In this document: positions 1-12,301 of the stretch, piece after piece
How positions within the stretch are numbered: the stretch's first letter is position 1
Layout: each line of letters begins with the position of its first letter
NCBI RefSeq assembly: GCF_036365525.1
Contig: NC_090415.1
Location: 11,160,001 to 11,224,000 of the forward strand
Direction of reading: 5' to 3'
DNA: 64,000 nt
Source: Heterodontus francisci
Taxonomy: Eukaryota
Made by a program: the position numbers and the translations under genes
The notes under the pieces: model-generated
The model's database searches: none
The model's input: only the letters and a program-made list of their open reading frames with translations
What the model was told of the DNA's origin: nothing

Positions 1-2472
1 GCTTTTGGGGGAGGGGGGTGAGGGGTGGTTGCAAACTAATTTGGCAAGGGGGTGGGATACAGAGGGGAGGTGCAGTAAGGGTTGATGCACAGTCAAATAT
101 AGAAGAGAAACTGAGTCAGTCTGGAAGGCAGCAAAATTGCAGACATGTTAAGACACAAACTAACACTGCAAGGCTGGATTGCATCTATTTTAACACAAGG
201 AATCTTACTAGTAAGGCAGATGAATTGAGGCCATTTATTAACACATGGGAATATGATATTATTGTTTTCACGGAGACATGGTTGAGCGAAGGGCAGGACT
301 GGTAGCTCAATATTCCAGGGTATTGAATCTTAAGGCATGACAGGGGAGGGTATAAAATAGGAGGTGGCAGTGCACAGTTGATCAAAGAGTCAATTACTGT
401 ATAAGGAGGGATGATATCTTCGAACATTCCTCAAATGATCCATATGGGTAGAACATAAATACAAAAAGGGGGTAATCACTTGGCTGGGAGTGTACTACAG
501 GCCTCCAAACAGTCAGTGAGAGATAGAGGAGCAGATATGTAGGCAAATCTCAGAGAGGTTTAAAAATAATAGGGTAATAATTGTAGTGGATTTCAACTTA
601 CCCAATATCAACTGGGATCGTCTTAGTGCAAATGGCTTAAAGGAGGCAGAATTCTTAAGGTGCATACAGGAGATCTTTTTGAGCCAGCAGGTAGAAAGTC
701 CGACCAAAGAAGGAGCCGTGCTTGACCTAATCCTAGGGAGTGAAGCCGGACAAGTGGGAGGAGTGTCAGTGGGGGAGCATTTCGGGGATAGTGGCATTAA
801 CTCTGTAATATTTAAGGAAGTTATGGAAAAGGACAAAGAGGGACCAGAAATAAATGTACTCAATTTGGGGAAGACCGATTTCAATATGATAAAACAGGAT
901 CTGGCCAAAGTGGACTGTGAGAAGCTACTTATAGGAAAGTCTGCATCAGACTAGTGGGAGTCATTCAAAAAGGAAATAATGAGAGTTCAGGGTCAACATG
1001 TTCCCATAAAGGTGAAGCGTAGGACCAACAAATCCAGGGAACCCTGGATGTCAAGGGATATAGAGGATTGGATAAGAAAAAAAAAGAGGCTTAGGGCAGA
1101 AAACAGCGGAGGCCAGAGGAGTATAGAAAATGTCAGGGAGTGGGTGAGGGGGGAGGTGGTAATTAATAAAAATATTTAATAATAAGCAGAGTGAGGAGGT
1201 GACTTGAAAAAAAAAATGGTGTCTAACAAACTTGATTGAATTTTTTGAGGAGGTGACTAGATGTGTAGATGAGGGTAAGGCAGTTGATGTTGTCTACATG
1301 GACTTCAGTAAGGCTTCAGATAAGGTCCCACATGGGAGATTGGTTAAGAAGGTAAGAGCCCATGGGATCCAGGGCAATTTGGCAAATTGGATACAAAATT
1401 GGCTTAGTGGCAGGAGGCAGAGGGTGATGGTCGAGCGTTGTTTTTGTGAGTTAAAGTTTGTGACCAGTGGTGTACCACAGCGATCGGTGCTGGGACCATT
1501 GCTGTTTGTAGTGTACATGAATGATTTAGACGTGAATGTAGTAGAGATGATCAGTAAGTTCGCAGATGACACGAAAATTGGTGTCATAAATAGTGAGGAG
1601 GAAAGCCTTAGATTACAGGATGATATAGATGGGCTGGTAAGATGGGTGGAGCAGTGGCAAATGGAATTTAATCCAGAGAAGTGCGAAAATGTGAGGTGAT
1701 GCATTTTGGGAGGCCTAACAAGGCAAGAGAATATACAATGAATGGCCAGATCCTAAGATGTACAGAGGGACTGAGGGACCTTGGTGTACTTGTCCATAGA
1801 TCACTGAAGGCAGAAGCACGGGTAGATAAGGTGGTTAGGAAGACATATGGGATACTTGTCTTTATTAGCTGAGGCATAGAATATAAGAGCAGGGAGGTTA
1901 TGAGGGAGCTGAATGAAATGCTAGTTAGGCCACAGCTGGAGTACTGTGTACAGTTCTGGTCAACTCACCAAAGGAAGGACGGGATTGCAATGGAGAGCGT
2001 GCAGAGGAGATTCACCAGGATGTTTACTGGGCTGTGGCATTTCAGTTATGAAGAGAGACAGGATAGGCTAGGGTTGTTTTCCTTGGAGCAGAGAAGGCTG
2101 AGGGGGGAACTGATTGAGGTATACAAAATTACACGGGACATTGATAGTACAGATCGGAAGAAAACGTTCCCTCAGTGGAGGGATCAACAACCAGGGGAGA
2201 TAGATTTAAGTAATGGGCAGCAGGTTTAGAGGGGACTTGAGGTGAAAATATTTCACGCAGAGTGTGGTTGGAATCTGGAACACACTACCTGAAGGGCTGG
2301 TAGAGGCAGGACCCCTCATAGCATTTGAGAAGGATTTCGATGAACACGTGAAACGTCATAGCATACAAGACTATGGGCCAAGTGCTGGAAAATGTGATTC
2401 GAATAGATTCATGCTTGATGGGAGGCAAAGACACAGTGGGCCAAAGGGCCTGTTTCTGTGCTGTATAACTCT
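1..2472 (+). mobile_element. Degenerate CR1-clade (HER1-like) LINE, ORF2 endonuclease + RT + 3' tail, with an internal deletion
   Basis: ORF pieces give APE motifs (YDIIVFTETWL, DFNLPNINW, AVLDLIL), RT motifs ([36 protein letters not shown]) and the C-terminal [13 protein letters not shown]; multiple stops and frameshifts. Confidence 0.9.
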
Positions 2473-3430
2473 ATGACAAATGTAAAGGAAAGCCAACATT
2501 CAGATAGCAGAAATTCACAGATCCAAAGCAAATCCACCATCCAGTTCAGCAGAAAGTGACAGGACAGAAAAAACACACACTCACATACCAGAAATTGGCA
2601 TACAGAATAAAATTCACACGCCCGTATCAGAAACGAACTTGTACAGATGTAAATCCACAATCATACAGCAGAGAATGAGATGTATGACTAAACCCAGCTT
2701 CTGACACTTGAGGCTAACGTACACAGAGTGAAAACAATGCTCATGTCTCATACCAGAAACGGCCAGATGTAGATCACAACCCACACTCACATATCAGAAC
2801 GGGCAGGTACAGTGTAAAATATCTCTTAATGAACCACTAACAGGGAGACGATACAGTCCACATTCGTTCATCAGAAACTTACAGATACAGATAATAAACA
2901 GTACTTACATACAACAGATTGAAAGAAACAGGTTAAAACCCATCCTTATATGTAGACATCTGATGGGTACAGAACACAGTTGAGGTCTCCAAACCAGAGA
3001 CTGACATGTCGAGTGAAAACAACGCTGGCATGTCATCAATTAACATGTGCAGTGTAAAGCTACACAAAAATGCCACTTACTAACAGGTACAGAGACAAAA
3101 TCAAACAGCCTTTTATACCAGAAACTGACAGGTGCAGATTAAAATCCAAATTCACAATTCAGAAATTAACAGATAAAGAGAAATGCCCAGACTCCAAAAT
3201 CAGATATTAACAGATGCATAACAAAACCCACACTCACAGAACAAAACCCATCATCACCCATTTAGAAACTGAATGTTACGGAGAAAAATAAAACAGAATC
3301 ACCTATTGAAGATTGAAATTATTGAATGAAATGACCAAATCATTGACCATAGATTGACAGATATGGAGTAAAAGCCACGGGTAAATATCACGTACTGATG
3401 GGCACAGAATGAATCCCACACTCACATGTC
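2473..3430 (+). repeat. Decayed ~40-41 bp tandem array (consensus approx. AAACCCACATTCACATATCAGAAACTGACAGGTACAGAGTA)
   Basis: Recurrent CACA(C/T)TCACATA..CAGAAACTGACAG motif with strong A/C strand bias. Confidence 0.65.
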
Positions 3431-3709
3431 CGGCAGGGAAGGACAAATATTTCACGACCCAGAATGTCTATGCATTTCCTCCTGCCATATTCCACATATG
3501 TGACCAAATAGATTCTTTTGTTAACACCTCAAAAACATCATCCCTGCCAGTGTTATCATATTATATTTGATCAATTATTTCAACTCCACAACCCTCCATA
3601 TTTTTTCAGACCTGTCTTTCCTGAATATTTGTCGCCAGTAATAATAAGTTCCCTTGCCTCGCCTAGTTTCAGCCAGAATTATGTAATGGTCACGATATAA
3701 ATCTTTCAT

Positions 3710-4796
3710 AATGAAAACAAGAAATGCTGGATATACTCAGCTGGTTTGGCAGCATCTGTGGAGCGAGAAGCAGAGTTAACATTTCAGGTCAGTGACCCTT
3801 CTTCAGAACTAGTAAATATTAGAAATGTGAAAAGTGTTAAGCAAGTAAAGCGGGGGTGGGGCAAGAGATAACAAGGGAGAAGGTGTAGAAAGGAAAATGT
3901 CACAGAATAGCTGACCAGAAGGTCATGGAGCAAAGGCAAACATTATGTTAATGGTGTGTTGAAAGTCAAAGCATTCGTACAGATAGGGTGTTAATGGATG
4001 AAAATTGAACAGCCGCAAGTACAAATATGAAAAAAAGTGGGTAAGCAAACTGAACCAACTGAGGTGATATAAAATAAAATAAATATAAAAATAAAGATAA
4101 AAAGGAAAGAATAACTAAAAATAAAAGTAAATTGGGGGGCCCGTCATGCTCTGAAATTATTGAACTCAATGCTCAGTCTGGCAGGCTGCATTGTGCCGAA
4201 TCGGTAAATGAGATGCTGTTCTTCGAGCTTACCTTGATGTTCACTGGAACACTGCAGCAATCCCAGGACAGAGATGTAAGCAGGGGGTAGTGTTGTAATG
4301 ACAAGCAACCGGAAGCTCGGGGTCATGCTTTCGGACTGAGCGGAGGTGTTACGCAAAGCGGTCACCCAGTATATGTTTGGTCTCCCCAATGTAGAGGAGA
4401 CCACATTGTGAGTAGCGAATACAGTATACCATATTGAAAGAAGTACAAGTAAATCGTTGCTTCACTCGAAAGGAGTGTTTGGGGCCTGGGATTGTGAGTA
4501 GAGAGGAGTAAAATGGGCAGGTATTACATCTCCTGTGATTGCAGGGGAAGGTGCCGTGTGAAGGGGACAAGGTGGTGGGGGTAATGGAGGAGTGGACCAG
4601 GGTGTCGCGGAGGGAATGATCCCTTCGGAATGCTGACAGGGGAAGGGAGGGGTAGATGTATTTGATAGTGGCATCACGCTGGAGGTGGCAGAAATGGCGG
4701 AGGATGATTCTTTGGATGTGGAGGCTGATGGGGTGGAAAGTGAGGACATGGGTATCCTCGGTTGAGGAAAAAGGAAGACATATCAGAAGCGCTGTC
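3710..4796 (-). mobile_element. 5'-truncated Penelope-like element (GIY-YIG endonuclease + pLTR with hammerhead core)
   Basis: ORF 4349-4798 has CxxxRCxTC and VYCIxxxxCGLLYIGET..LGDRF motifs; flanked by 15-bp TSD ATATAAATCTTTCAT (3695-3709, 4797-4811); empty site at 26983-26997. Confidence 0.88.
3774..3810 (-). ncRNA. Minimal type I hammerhead ribozyme-like motif in the Penelope pLTR
   Basis: Minus strand reads AGUU-CUGAAGA-A-GGGUCACUGACCU-GAAA-UGUU-AACU: catalytic boxes, stem II hairpin, and stem I AGUU/AACU. Confidence 0.65.
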
Positions 4797-4900
4797 ATAT
4801 AAATCTTTCATGTGGTTACTTTTGACTGCAGCTGACCAACCTTATTTGGCACGCTACATGGAGATAAGGACTTGCACTTCAATGCTCGCATTTGCCCCAC

Positions 4901-5862
4901 TCAAAGAACAAAGAAAATTACAGCACAGGAACAGGCCCTTCGGCCCTCCAAGCCTGCGCCGATCCAGATCCTCTATCTAAACATGTCGGCTATTTTCTTA
5001 GGGTCTGTATCTCTTTGCTTCCTGCCCATTCATGTATCTGTCTAGATACATCTTAAAAGACGCTATCGTGCCCGCGTCTACCACCTCCGCTGGCAACACG
5101 TTCCAGGCACCCACCACCCTCTGTGTAAAGAACTTTTCACGCATATCCCCCCTAAACTTTTCTCCTCTCACTTTGAACTTGTGACCCCTAGTAATTGAGT
5201 CCCCCACTCTGGGGAAAAAGCTTCTTGCTATCCACCCTGTCTATACCTCTCATGATTTTGTACACCTCAATCAGGTCCCCCCTCAACCTCCGTCTTTCTA
5301 ATGAAAATAATCCTAATCTGCTCAACCTCTCTTCATAGCTAACGCCCTCCATACCAGGCAACATCCTGGTGAACCTCCTCTGCACCCTCTCCAAAGCATC
5401 TACATCCTTTTGGTAATGTGGCGACCAGAACTGCACGCAGTATTCCAAATGTGGCCGAACCAAAGTCTTAGACAACTGTAACATGACCTGCCAACCCTTG
5501 TACTCAATACCCCGTCCAATGAAGGAAAGCATGCCGTATGCCTTCTTGACCACTCTATTGACCTGCTTTGCCACCTTCAGGGAACAATGGACCTGAACAC
5601 CCAAGTCTCTCTGTACATCAATTTTCCCCAGGACTTTTCCATTTACTGTATAATTCACTCTTGAATTGGATCTTCCAAAATGCATCACCTCGCATTTGCC
5701 CTGATTGAACTCCATCTGCCATTTTTCTGCCCAACTCTCCAATCTATTTATATTCTGCTGTATTCTCTGACAGTCCCCTTCACTATCTGCGACACCACCA
5801 ATCTTAGTGTCGTCTGCAAACTTGCTAATCAGACCACCTATACTTTCCTCCAAATCATTTAT
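4901..5862 (-). mobile_element. 5'-truncated CR1-clade LINE (RT C-terminal half + tail)
   Basis: ORF 5188-5877 with [12 protein letters not shown] and [17 protein letters not shown]; absent from the paralogous site near 27085. Confidence 0.9.
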
Positions 5863-6109
5863 GTATCTGACACCCACTATACTGGACGATTCGGTCCTGT
5901 TGATGGACGGAAGTGCAGAGGGGCGCTACATCCTGATAAGGAAGGGAACTATCGAGAGTGAAAAAAGAGACGAGTTCGAACTAGCAAAATAGAAATGGTT
6001 GATGAGGAAGAGGGACTCAGAAAGTCACTGACATAGATGGATAAGGGCGGGCAAAGGGGTTGGACGATCTGACTGCTGCGACAGTGTGTGTCTGTGAGAA
6101 GCACGAAAT

Positions 6110-6243
6110 GTGATTGGTTACTTTAGACACCCAATCAGATAGATATAGAACATCAGGCAGTGACATCATTGTAAACCAGCCAATCATGAACATGGTCATC
6201 TCCCATCCTTCATTTGCATAGGGTTCTGGGGATGTCTATAAAA
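6110..6243 (+). promoter_or_regulatory. H2B promoter: CCAAT boxes, octamer ATTTGCAT (6212-6219), TATAAAA (6237-6243)
   Basis: Canonical vertebrate H2B CCAAT-octamer-TATA arrangement upstream of ATG 6297. Confidence 0.85.
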
Positions 6244-6296
6244 TGCGAGCTTGGAGCGAAATTTCGGTTATTCTGTGTCTGAAGTTGATCGTGATC

Positions 6297-6677
6297 ATGG
6301 TTGACGAGAAGAAAACTACAGCACCTTCCAAGAAGGGCGCCAAGAAAGTTCTGAAGAAGGCGCCAGTGAAGGGCAGCAAGAAACGGAGAAGATCCAGGAA
6401 AGAAAGTTACTCCATTTACGTGTACAAAGTGATGAAGCAGGTTCACCCTGACACCGGCATCTCCTCCAAGGCCATGAGCATCATGAATTCGTTTGTGAAT
6501 GATATTTTCGAGCGAATCGCGGGTGAGGCTTCCCGCCTGGCCCATTACAACAAACGCAGCACCATCAGCTCCCGGGAGATCCAGACCGCCGTGCGCCTGC
6601 TGCTGCCCGGGGAGCTGGCCAAACACGCCGTGTCGGAAGGTACAAAGGCGGTCACCAAGTACACCAGCTCCAAGTAA
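6297..6677 (+). CDS. H2B: Histone H2B, replication-dependent (126 aa, MVDEKK...)
   Basis: [25 protein letters not shown]...AVTKYTSSK; true start is the internal ATG downstream of TATA; intronless; stem-loop follows. Confidence 0.97.
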   Translation: MVDEKKTTAPSKKGAKKVLKKAPVKGSKKRRRSRKESYSIYVYKVMKQVHPDTGISSKAMSIMNSFVNDIFERIAGEASRLAHYNKRSTISSREIQTAVRLLLPGELAKHAVSEGTKAVTKYTSSK

Positions 6678-6716
6678 ATATCCGCAATGTACTGTAACAC
6701 ACCCAAATCACAAAAA

Positions 6717-6737
6717 GGCTCTTTTAAGAGCCACCCA
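6717..6737 (+). other. Histone 3' stem-loop + ACCCA
   Basis: GGCTCTTTTAAGAGCC-ACCCA followed by a purine-rich downstream element. Confidence 0.95.
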
Positions 6738-7449
6738 CAACTTCTCTGAAAAAGCGACAACATTGTCTGTATAGTATCGACTTATATTGATTTATATATC
6801 AAGTGTCCTTGCCTTTGTGATCTCTGTTTTACTCCCATAGATTCTGGTTAATGCAGTTTCACTGCCCGTGCGATCTTTCTGTCTCTAACTAATAATGTCC
6901 CGTACATAAATTACTGACCACTGACCATTTGTGAGGTTTGTTCTCGGACGTGTTCATATTCGGCCCCTTTTCTGTATTTCGACAATAAAAGCTGATTTAA
7001 CGCACATACATCAGTTCGCAGTCACTAATTTCCCTCGTTCAAGTTTGACCTCAATAATTAATAAGTACATTATCTGGAACCCCGGGTGGTGTCGGAACCC
7101 TCCGTCTCACACGCTGACACCTGACACTGAAAATCTACACTCCGCTGTTGTCTCCCACGAATAACAAACAATCGTTCATCAGTGATGCGGTATTATTATG
7201 AAAATTGACATGAAATGTGCCCGGTTGGAGAATGTTGTGAAAGAGACTTTCTGCTCGCTGGTTTCAAAAAGGACAGAGAGTAAACCCGAATAGATGTCAG
7301 AATGTAAAAGCCAATCTGGAACTTGTTACCAAATGTAGAATAACACAATATGAAAAAGGTTTTATTTATTTAACCGTAAAAAAAGAACTATAAATGTAAT
7401 ATTCTATATTGAAGTCGCCCCAATATATTGGCGGGCTTTTCAAATTTGA

Positions 7450-8064
<615 letters not shown>

Positions 8065-8094
8065 AGCTGCCTGATTTGAATCTGCGAACCCAAA

Positions 8095-8115
8095 GGCTAT
8101 TTTCAGAGCCACCCA
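8095..8115 (+). other. Histone 3' stem-loop with a stem mismatch
   Basis: GGCTATTTTCAGAGCC-ACCCA; C>A at 8099 relative to both paralogs. Confidence 0.9.
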
Positions 8116-8474
8116 CTTCATCTGTGAAAGGGCTGGTTACTGTCTGAGAGACGGTAATGTTATACTGTTCGCGTTATTTTGTGTTGGTATGAATTGTACT
8201 GGAGTCAAGCTTTTATCTGCTCATCAGATGGAATGCATTTTAATTTTCTCGCCATATTTGTAAGGCTTTTTTACAATTCTACCGTTTATATACCACGAAG
8301 GCGTGTCTTGAGTTCTAAAATGAGCTACTCTGATAAAATGACTTGTATACAATGGTGTCACTGCTCTCACACTGAGAACTGCAAGGTCCTGAAATTCCCA
8401 GCTACAATATGGAGACAAAGGAATCTGGGTCACTCTGCTTCGAGAGTTGTCAGTGGACAGTAAAGAGGGTGGTC

Positions 8475-8605
8475 AAATCCTTCTGAGACGTTTATGTGCT
8501 GGAATCAACAAGAGATAACAGCTCTATCTTTTGCCAATTTGATGTCTCTTTGAAGAGCCGTTGTGTTATCTGATGCCAAACTCAGTTCCGGGCAGGGTCA
8601 GTTTA
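8475..8605 (-). pseudogene. Relic of the H3 3' end (stop codon, 3' UTR, decayed stem-loop); CDS absent
   Basis: Aligns with about 29935-30067; similarity stops at the TTA (8603-8605) matching the H3 stop codon; stem-loop decayed to GTCTCTTTGAAGAGCC (8544-8559). Confidence 0.85.
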
Positions 8606-9064
8606 TTTTTCAGAGCAGTTGTTTCAAAGAAGCTGAAGGCGAATTTTAAAAGAGATGTTGCGTTTCGTGTTTTATTTCTGTACATTGTGGAGATTTACAA
8701 GGAACTGGGATAATTCGTCAGTGTTTTTGTCCCTGCCAAGGCGGCGTGCTTGGAGAACTCCCCGGACAGCAGCAGACCCATTGCGGTCGATATGTGTGTA
8801 CACAAATCACAAGATCCAAATGATTGTAGACTGATGCCATCTACTGGCTAAAAGTGAGTCATGCAAGAATATTCCCATTCCTTCAGAAATATCTGAAATT
8901 GGAGAGGAATAACATCGAGTGTGTTGGGGGCAGATTCAATCGAGACCCTGAAAACAGAATTGGATAATTATATCAAGAATAAAACAAAACTGCAGAGCAA
9001 TGGAGAAAAGGCGGGTCGGTGGAGGAGGTCTTGCTGAGAGCCGGCCTTGACACGACGAATAACT

Positions 9065-9885
9065 AATATAATAGAAACATAGAAAAATTGGAGCACGAGT
9101 AAATCATTCGGCCCTTCGAGCCTGCACCTCCAGTCAATACGATCATGGCTGATCATCCAAACTCAGTACCCTGTTCTCGCTTTGTCCGCGTATCCTTTGA
9201 TCCCTTTAGACATAAGCGGCGCTCATTTTAGAACTAAAAGACACGCTTTAGTAGTACATAGAGTCAGAGAGAGATACAGCACAGAAACAGGCCCTTCGGC
9301 CCACCCAGTCTGTGCCGACCATCAACCACATCAACCATACTATTCCAACGTTAATCCCATATTCCCTATCACATTTCCACCTTCCCTCAATTCTCCGACC
9401 ACCTACCTGCACTAGGGGCAATTTACAATGGCCAATTTACCTATCAAAATGCAAGTCTTTGGCTGTGAGAGAAAACCGGAGCACCCGGCGGAAACCCATG
9501 TGGTCACAGGGAGAACTTGCAAACTCCACACAGGCAGTACCCAGAACTGAACCCGGGTCGAATTGTAAAAAAAAAGCCTTCCACAAATGACCAGAGTAAA
9601 TTAAAATGCATTTCATCTGATGGGCATCTAAATGCCCGAATCCAGTGCAACAAACTCTCTTATGAATTTATTTAATGATTTGGCCTCAACTCTTTTCTGT
9701 GGTCGAGAATTCCACAGGTTCACCACTCCCTGGGTGAAGAAATCCCTCCTCATCTCAGTCCTAAATGTCTTACCCCTTATCTTTAGACTGTCACCCCTGG
9801 TCCTGGACTCCCCCGCCATCAGGAACATCCTTCCTACATCTAGTCTGTCCAGTCCTGTTAGAATTTTTTCGGTTTCTAGGAGATG
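9065..9885 (-). mobile_element. CR1 3' fragment interrupted by a SINE
   Basis: KILTGLDRLDVGRMF...ESRTRGDSLKIRG...FFTQGVVNLWNS and a CR1-type tail hairpin. Confidence 0.75.
9260..9560 (-). mobile_element. HE1-type SINE (head truncated)
   Basis: V-domain (GTGTGGAGTTTGCAAGTTCTCCCTGTG) and HER1-like tail on the minus strand. Confidence 0.85.
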
Positions 9886-12205
9886 ATGTAACCATTCCAT
9901 GATTCTATCCTCCAATGGGAACATGAACGTGGTGTTAAGGTGCAGATTGAAATGGTTGAAATGACATTTGAGTTCCAATGAGCTCTGGTGTGTATACTGT
10001 ATAAATGACGAGCTACATGTATGCCAGCGATGCTGGTATAGTGGTGAGTATATCTGCCTTCCAAACAATTGACCCAGATTAGATTCCCGGTCATCGCAAT
10101 GCCCACTCGCAGTCAAATATATTTCTGCAACCTTGCTACAGAATGTGACAAATGAAAAGCTATGACTAAATTGAAGTCGACAAATATTCTCAACATTATG
10201 TTCTTCTCCCTTAAAGTTGATGGTCAAGTGTGCTGTGGAATTTTGCAGCTTAAAAATGTCAATGCAAATTCAGAAAGAAAGCTTACAAAATATTCTCAAC
10301 ATCCAATCAGATTCACTTCCTTGCTTGATCAGCGTCGCCCTGCAGCAAGTTTGTTTCCTTCAAGTGTTTATCCAGTTTCTTATTGAAATCATTGATTGTC
10401 TCTCCTTCCACCACACTTGTGGACAGCGAGGTCCAGCAGGTAAAACAGAAAAAGTTCTTCCTCACATTCCCTTCCATCTCTTGCCATAAACCATCAGTCT
10501 GTGTCTCCTAGTCCTTGTACAATCAGCTAATGGGAACAGGTTATCCTTGTCTAACTTATATACACCTCTATCAAATCTCCTCTCAATCTCCATTTCTCTA
10601 AGGAGAACAACCCCTTACTTACAGAACACAATCCAGAGTCATCTATCCAAGCTTTTCAGGTGTAAAAGAATAGTTGTGGAGTAAGTAGTATAGATAGGAG
10701 CATAAAACTAAGAGACTTTGAGAGATCAACTGATTGTCTCTGTCCAATTCACTGGATTTTCTGTATCACCTGAACACTGCTATACTCTGTGTAAAGGTTA
10801 GAGCATTTCCATGGCTTACATTTATGCAAGAACTGCTATATCAAGGCTGGATGGCAAAGCATGACGGTCATCTTCACAGAAATATGTCAAAATGCCATGT
10901 TGAGAGATGTGTCTGTGTGGATGATGCACTGAGTCACGACAAAAAGGAAAGAAAAGTCGTGCAGCAGGAGGGGGCCCACAATGTGGGGGTGATGGATCAT
11001 GACATATTTTGCCTTTGTGAATAATAAGGACAGCTAAAATAATAGGACTAATTGTATGCTATGTACATCAATATATTACAGTCTGTTTGAGCTAATGCTT
11101 GCTTCATTATGAAATGACATTACAAGGCTATAGTCCGTTAAAACCTCTATGTAAGAACAATGGGAGAGATAGGTTGAAGACCACAGCATCCTTACAGGGG
11201 GTGAGATGAGATAAATAGGACACTGTAGAATTGCAAACTCAAAATGGCTTCCATCAGCAAGAATGTGACCTTTAGTATCCTTGTTAAAATAGAAAGGAAC
11301 AGGAAGTATCTGTAATGTGTGTAGATTGAACCATTAACTAACTCGGGTCAAACAATGATGTCAAGCTGGTCCAATTCAAAGCTAATATGGGAACATTCTT
11401 GCACCCAAAGAAGGGTAAAAGAAAGGGTGTTACAGGACATTGTCGGCACTTACAGAGGGGTCCACGGAACATCGTTATCACACTTAGAAGGAGAAGATAG
11501 AGTCCGGTCAAGAAAACAGCAAGGGAAGCAGAAAGAGAGAAGTCCACGCCCCAGCAAGCACAGAAGCAAGAACCGGTGCTGAGTGATGCTGCAAACCTAT
11601 TGCTGTTGTTAAACATTCACTTTATCTATCTTAGTTAAGACTAATAAACTCTCAGACTTGATCACAGAACTTGAGTTTGTACCTTGTAGGTCTATTTTGG
11701 CCAATAATCACAGGACATTTTCTGTCGCCACTTCCCCTCTCTATTCTATCTCCCTCCTCTCGCTCTCCTCCCTATGCACTTTATTATTATTGATGATGGT
11801 CATATTGACCTATTTATTCTCCTCCATCTCAGACAGTCCCCTGCGATTATGGATGACTTTTTACACTCCAGTTTGATGGGTTCTGAAATAGCTGATAAAT
11901 CCACTGCATGATCTGCAGACTCTGCCACATGAGGGTTAGGTGGTGTTAGAAGGGTTCAGGTAAATGACCCGTTTGGAGGTATGGATGCTGCCTTCGAGCC
12001 TCGACTTCACATGTTACCGACAAATTTCCCTGAACTGTAAACTATCTTCCCAAATGAGAGATGATTTGAGGACATATCTAAAATGTTTCCACACTCAGCC
12101 AGGGGTTCTCCTGCAACGACCAATTTCTGAGCAAAACAGCTGCTTCCGGATTCTGCATTTGCAGGTTTTTGGAGAGACCCCTGTTCAGACTAAGTGATAG
12201 ACGAA

Positions 12206-12301
12206 ACAAAAACAAGAAATGCTGGATTCACTCAGCAGGTCTGGCAGCATCTGTGGAAAGAGAAGCAGAGTTAACGTTTCGGGTCAGTGACCCTTCTTCG
12301 G
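12206..12301 (-). mobile_element. 96-bp Penelope pLTR-derived element containing a hammerhead core
   Basis: 14-bp TSD AAGTGATAGACGAA (12192-12205, 12302-12315); minus strand CCGAAGA-A-GGGTCACTGACCC-GAAACGTT-AACT. Confidence 0.85.

Noticed and set aside
5911-5930. Second CTCF-like motif GCAGAGGGGCGCT upstream of H2B
   Set aside because: Lacks the 5' CC of the core and is not preserved in the middle paralog
6243-6296. N-terminal extensions on the histone ORFs (H2B 144 aa, H2A 167-171 aa, H1 287 aa)
   Set aside because: Upstream starts fall in or before TATA/CCAAT promoter elements; the conserved histone N-termini begin at internal ATGs
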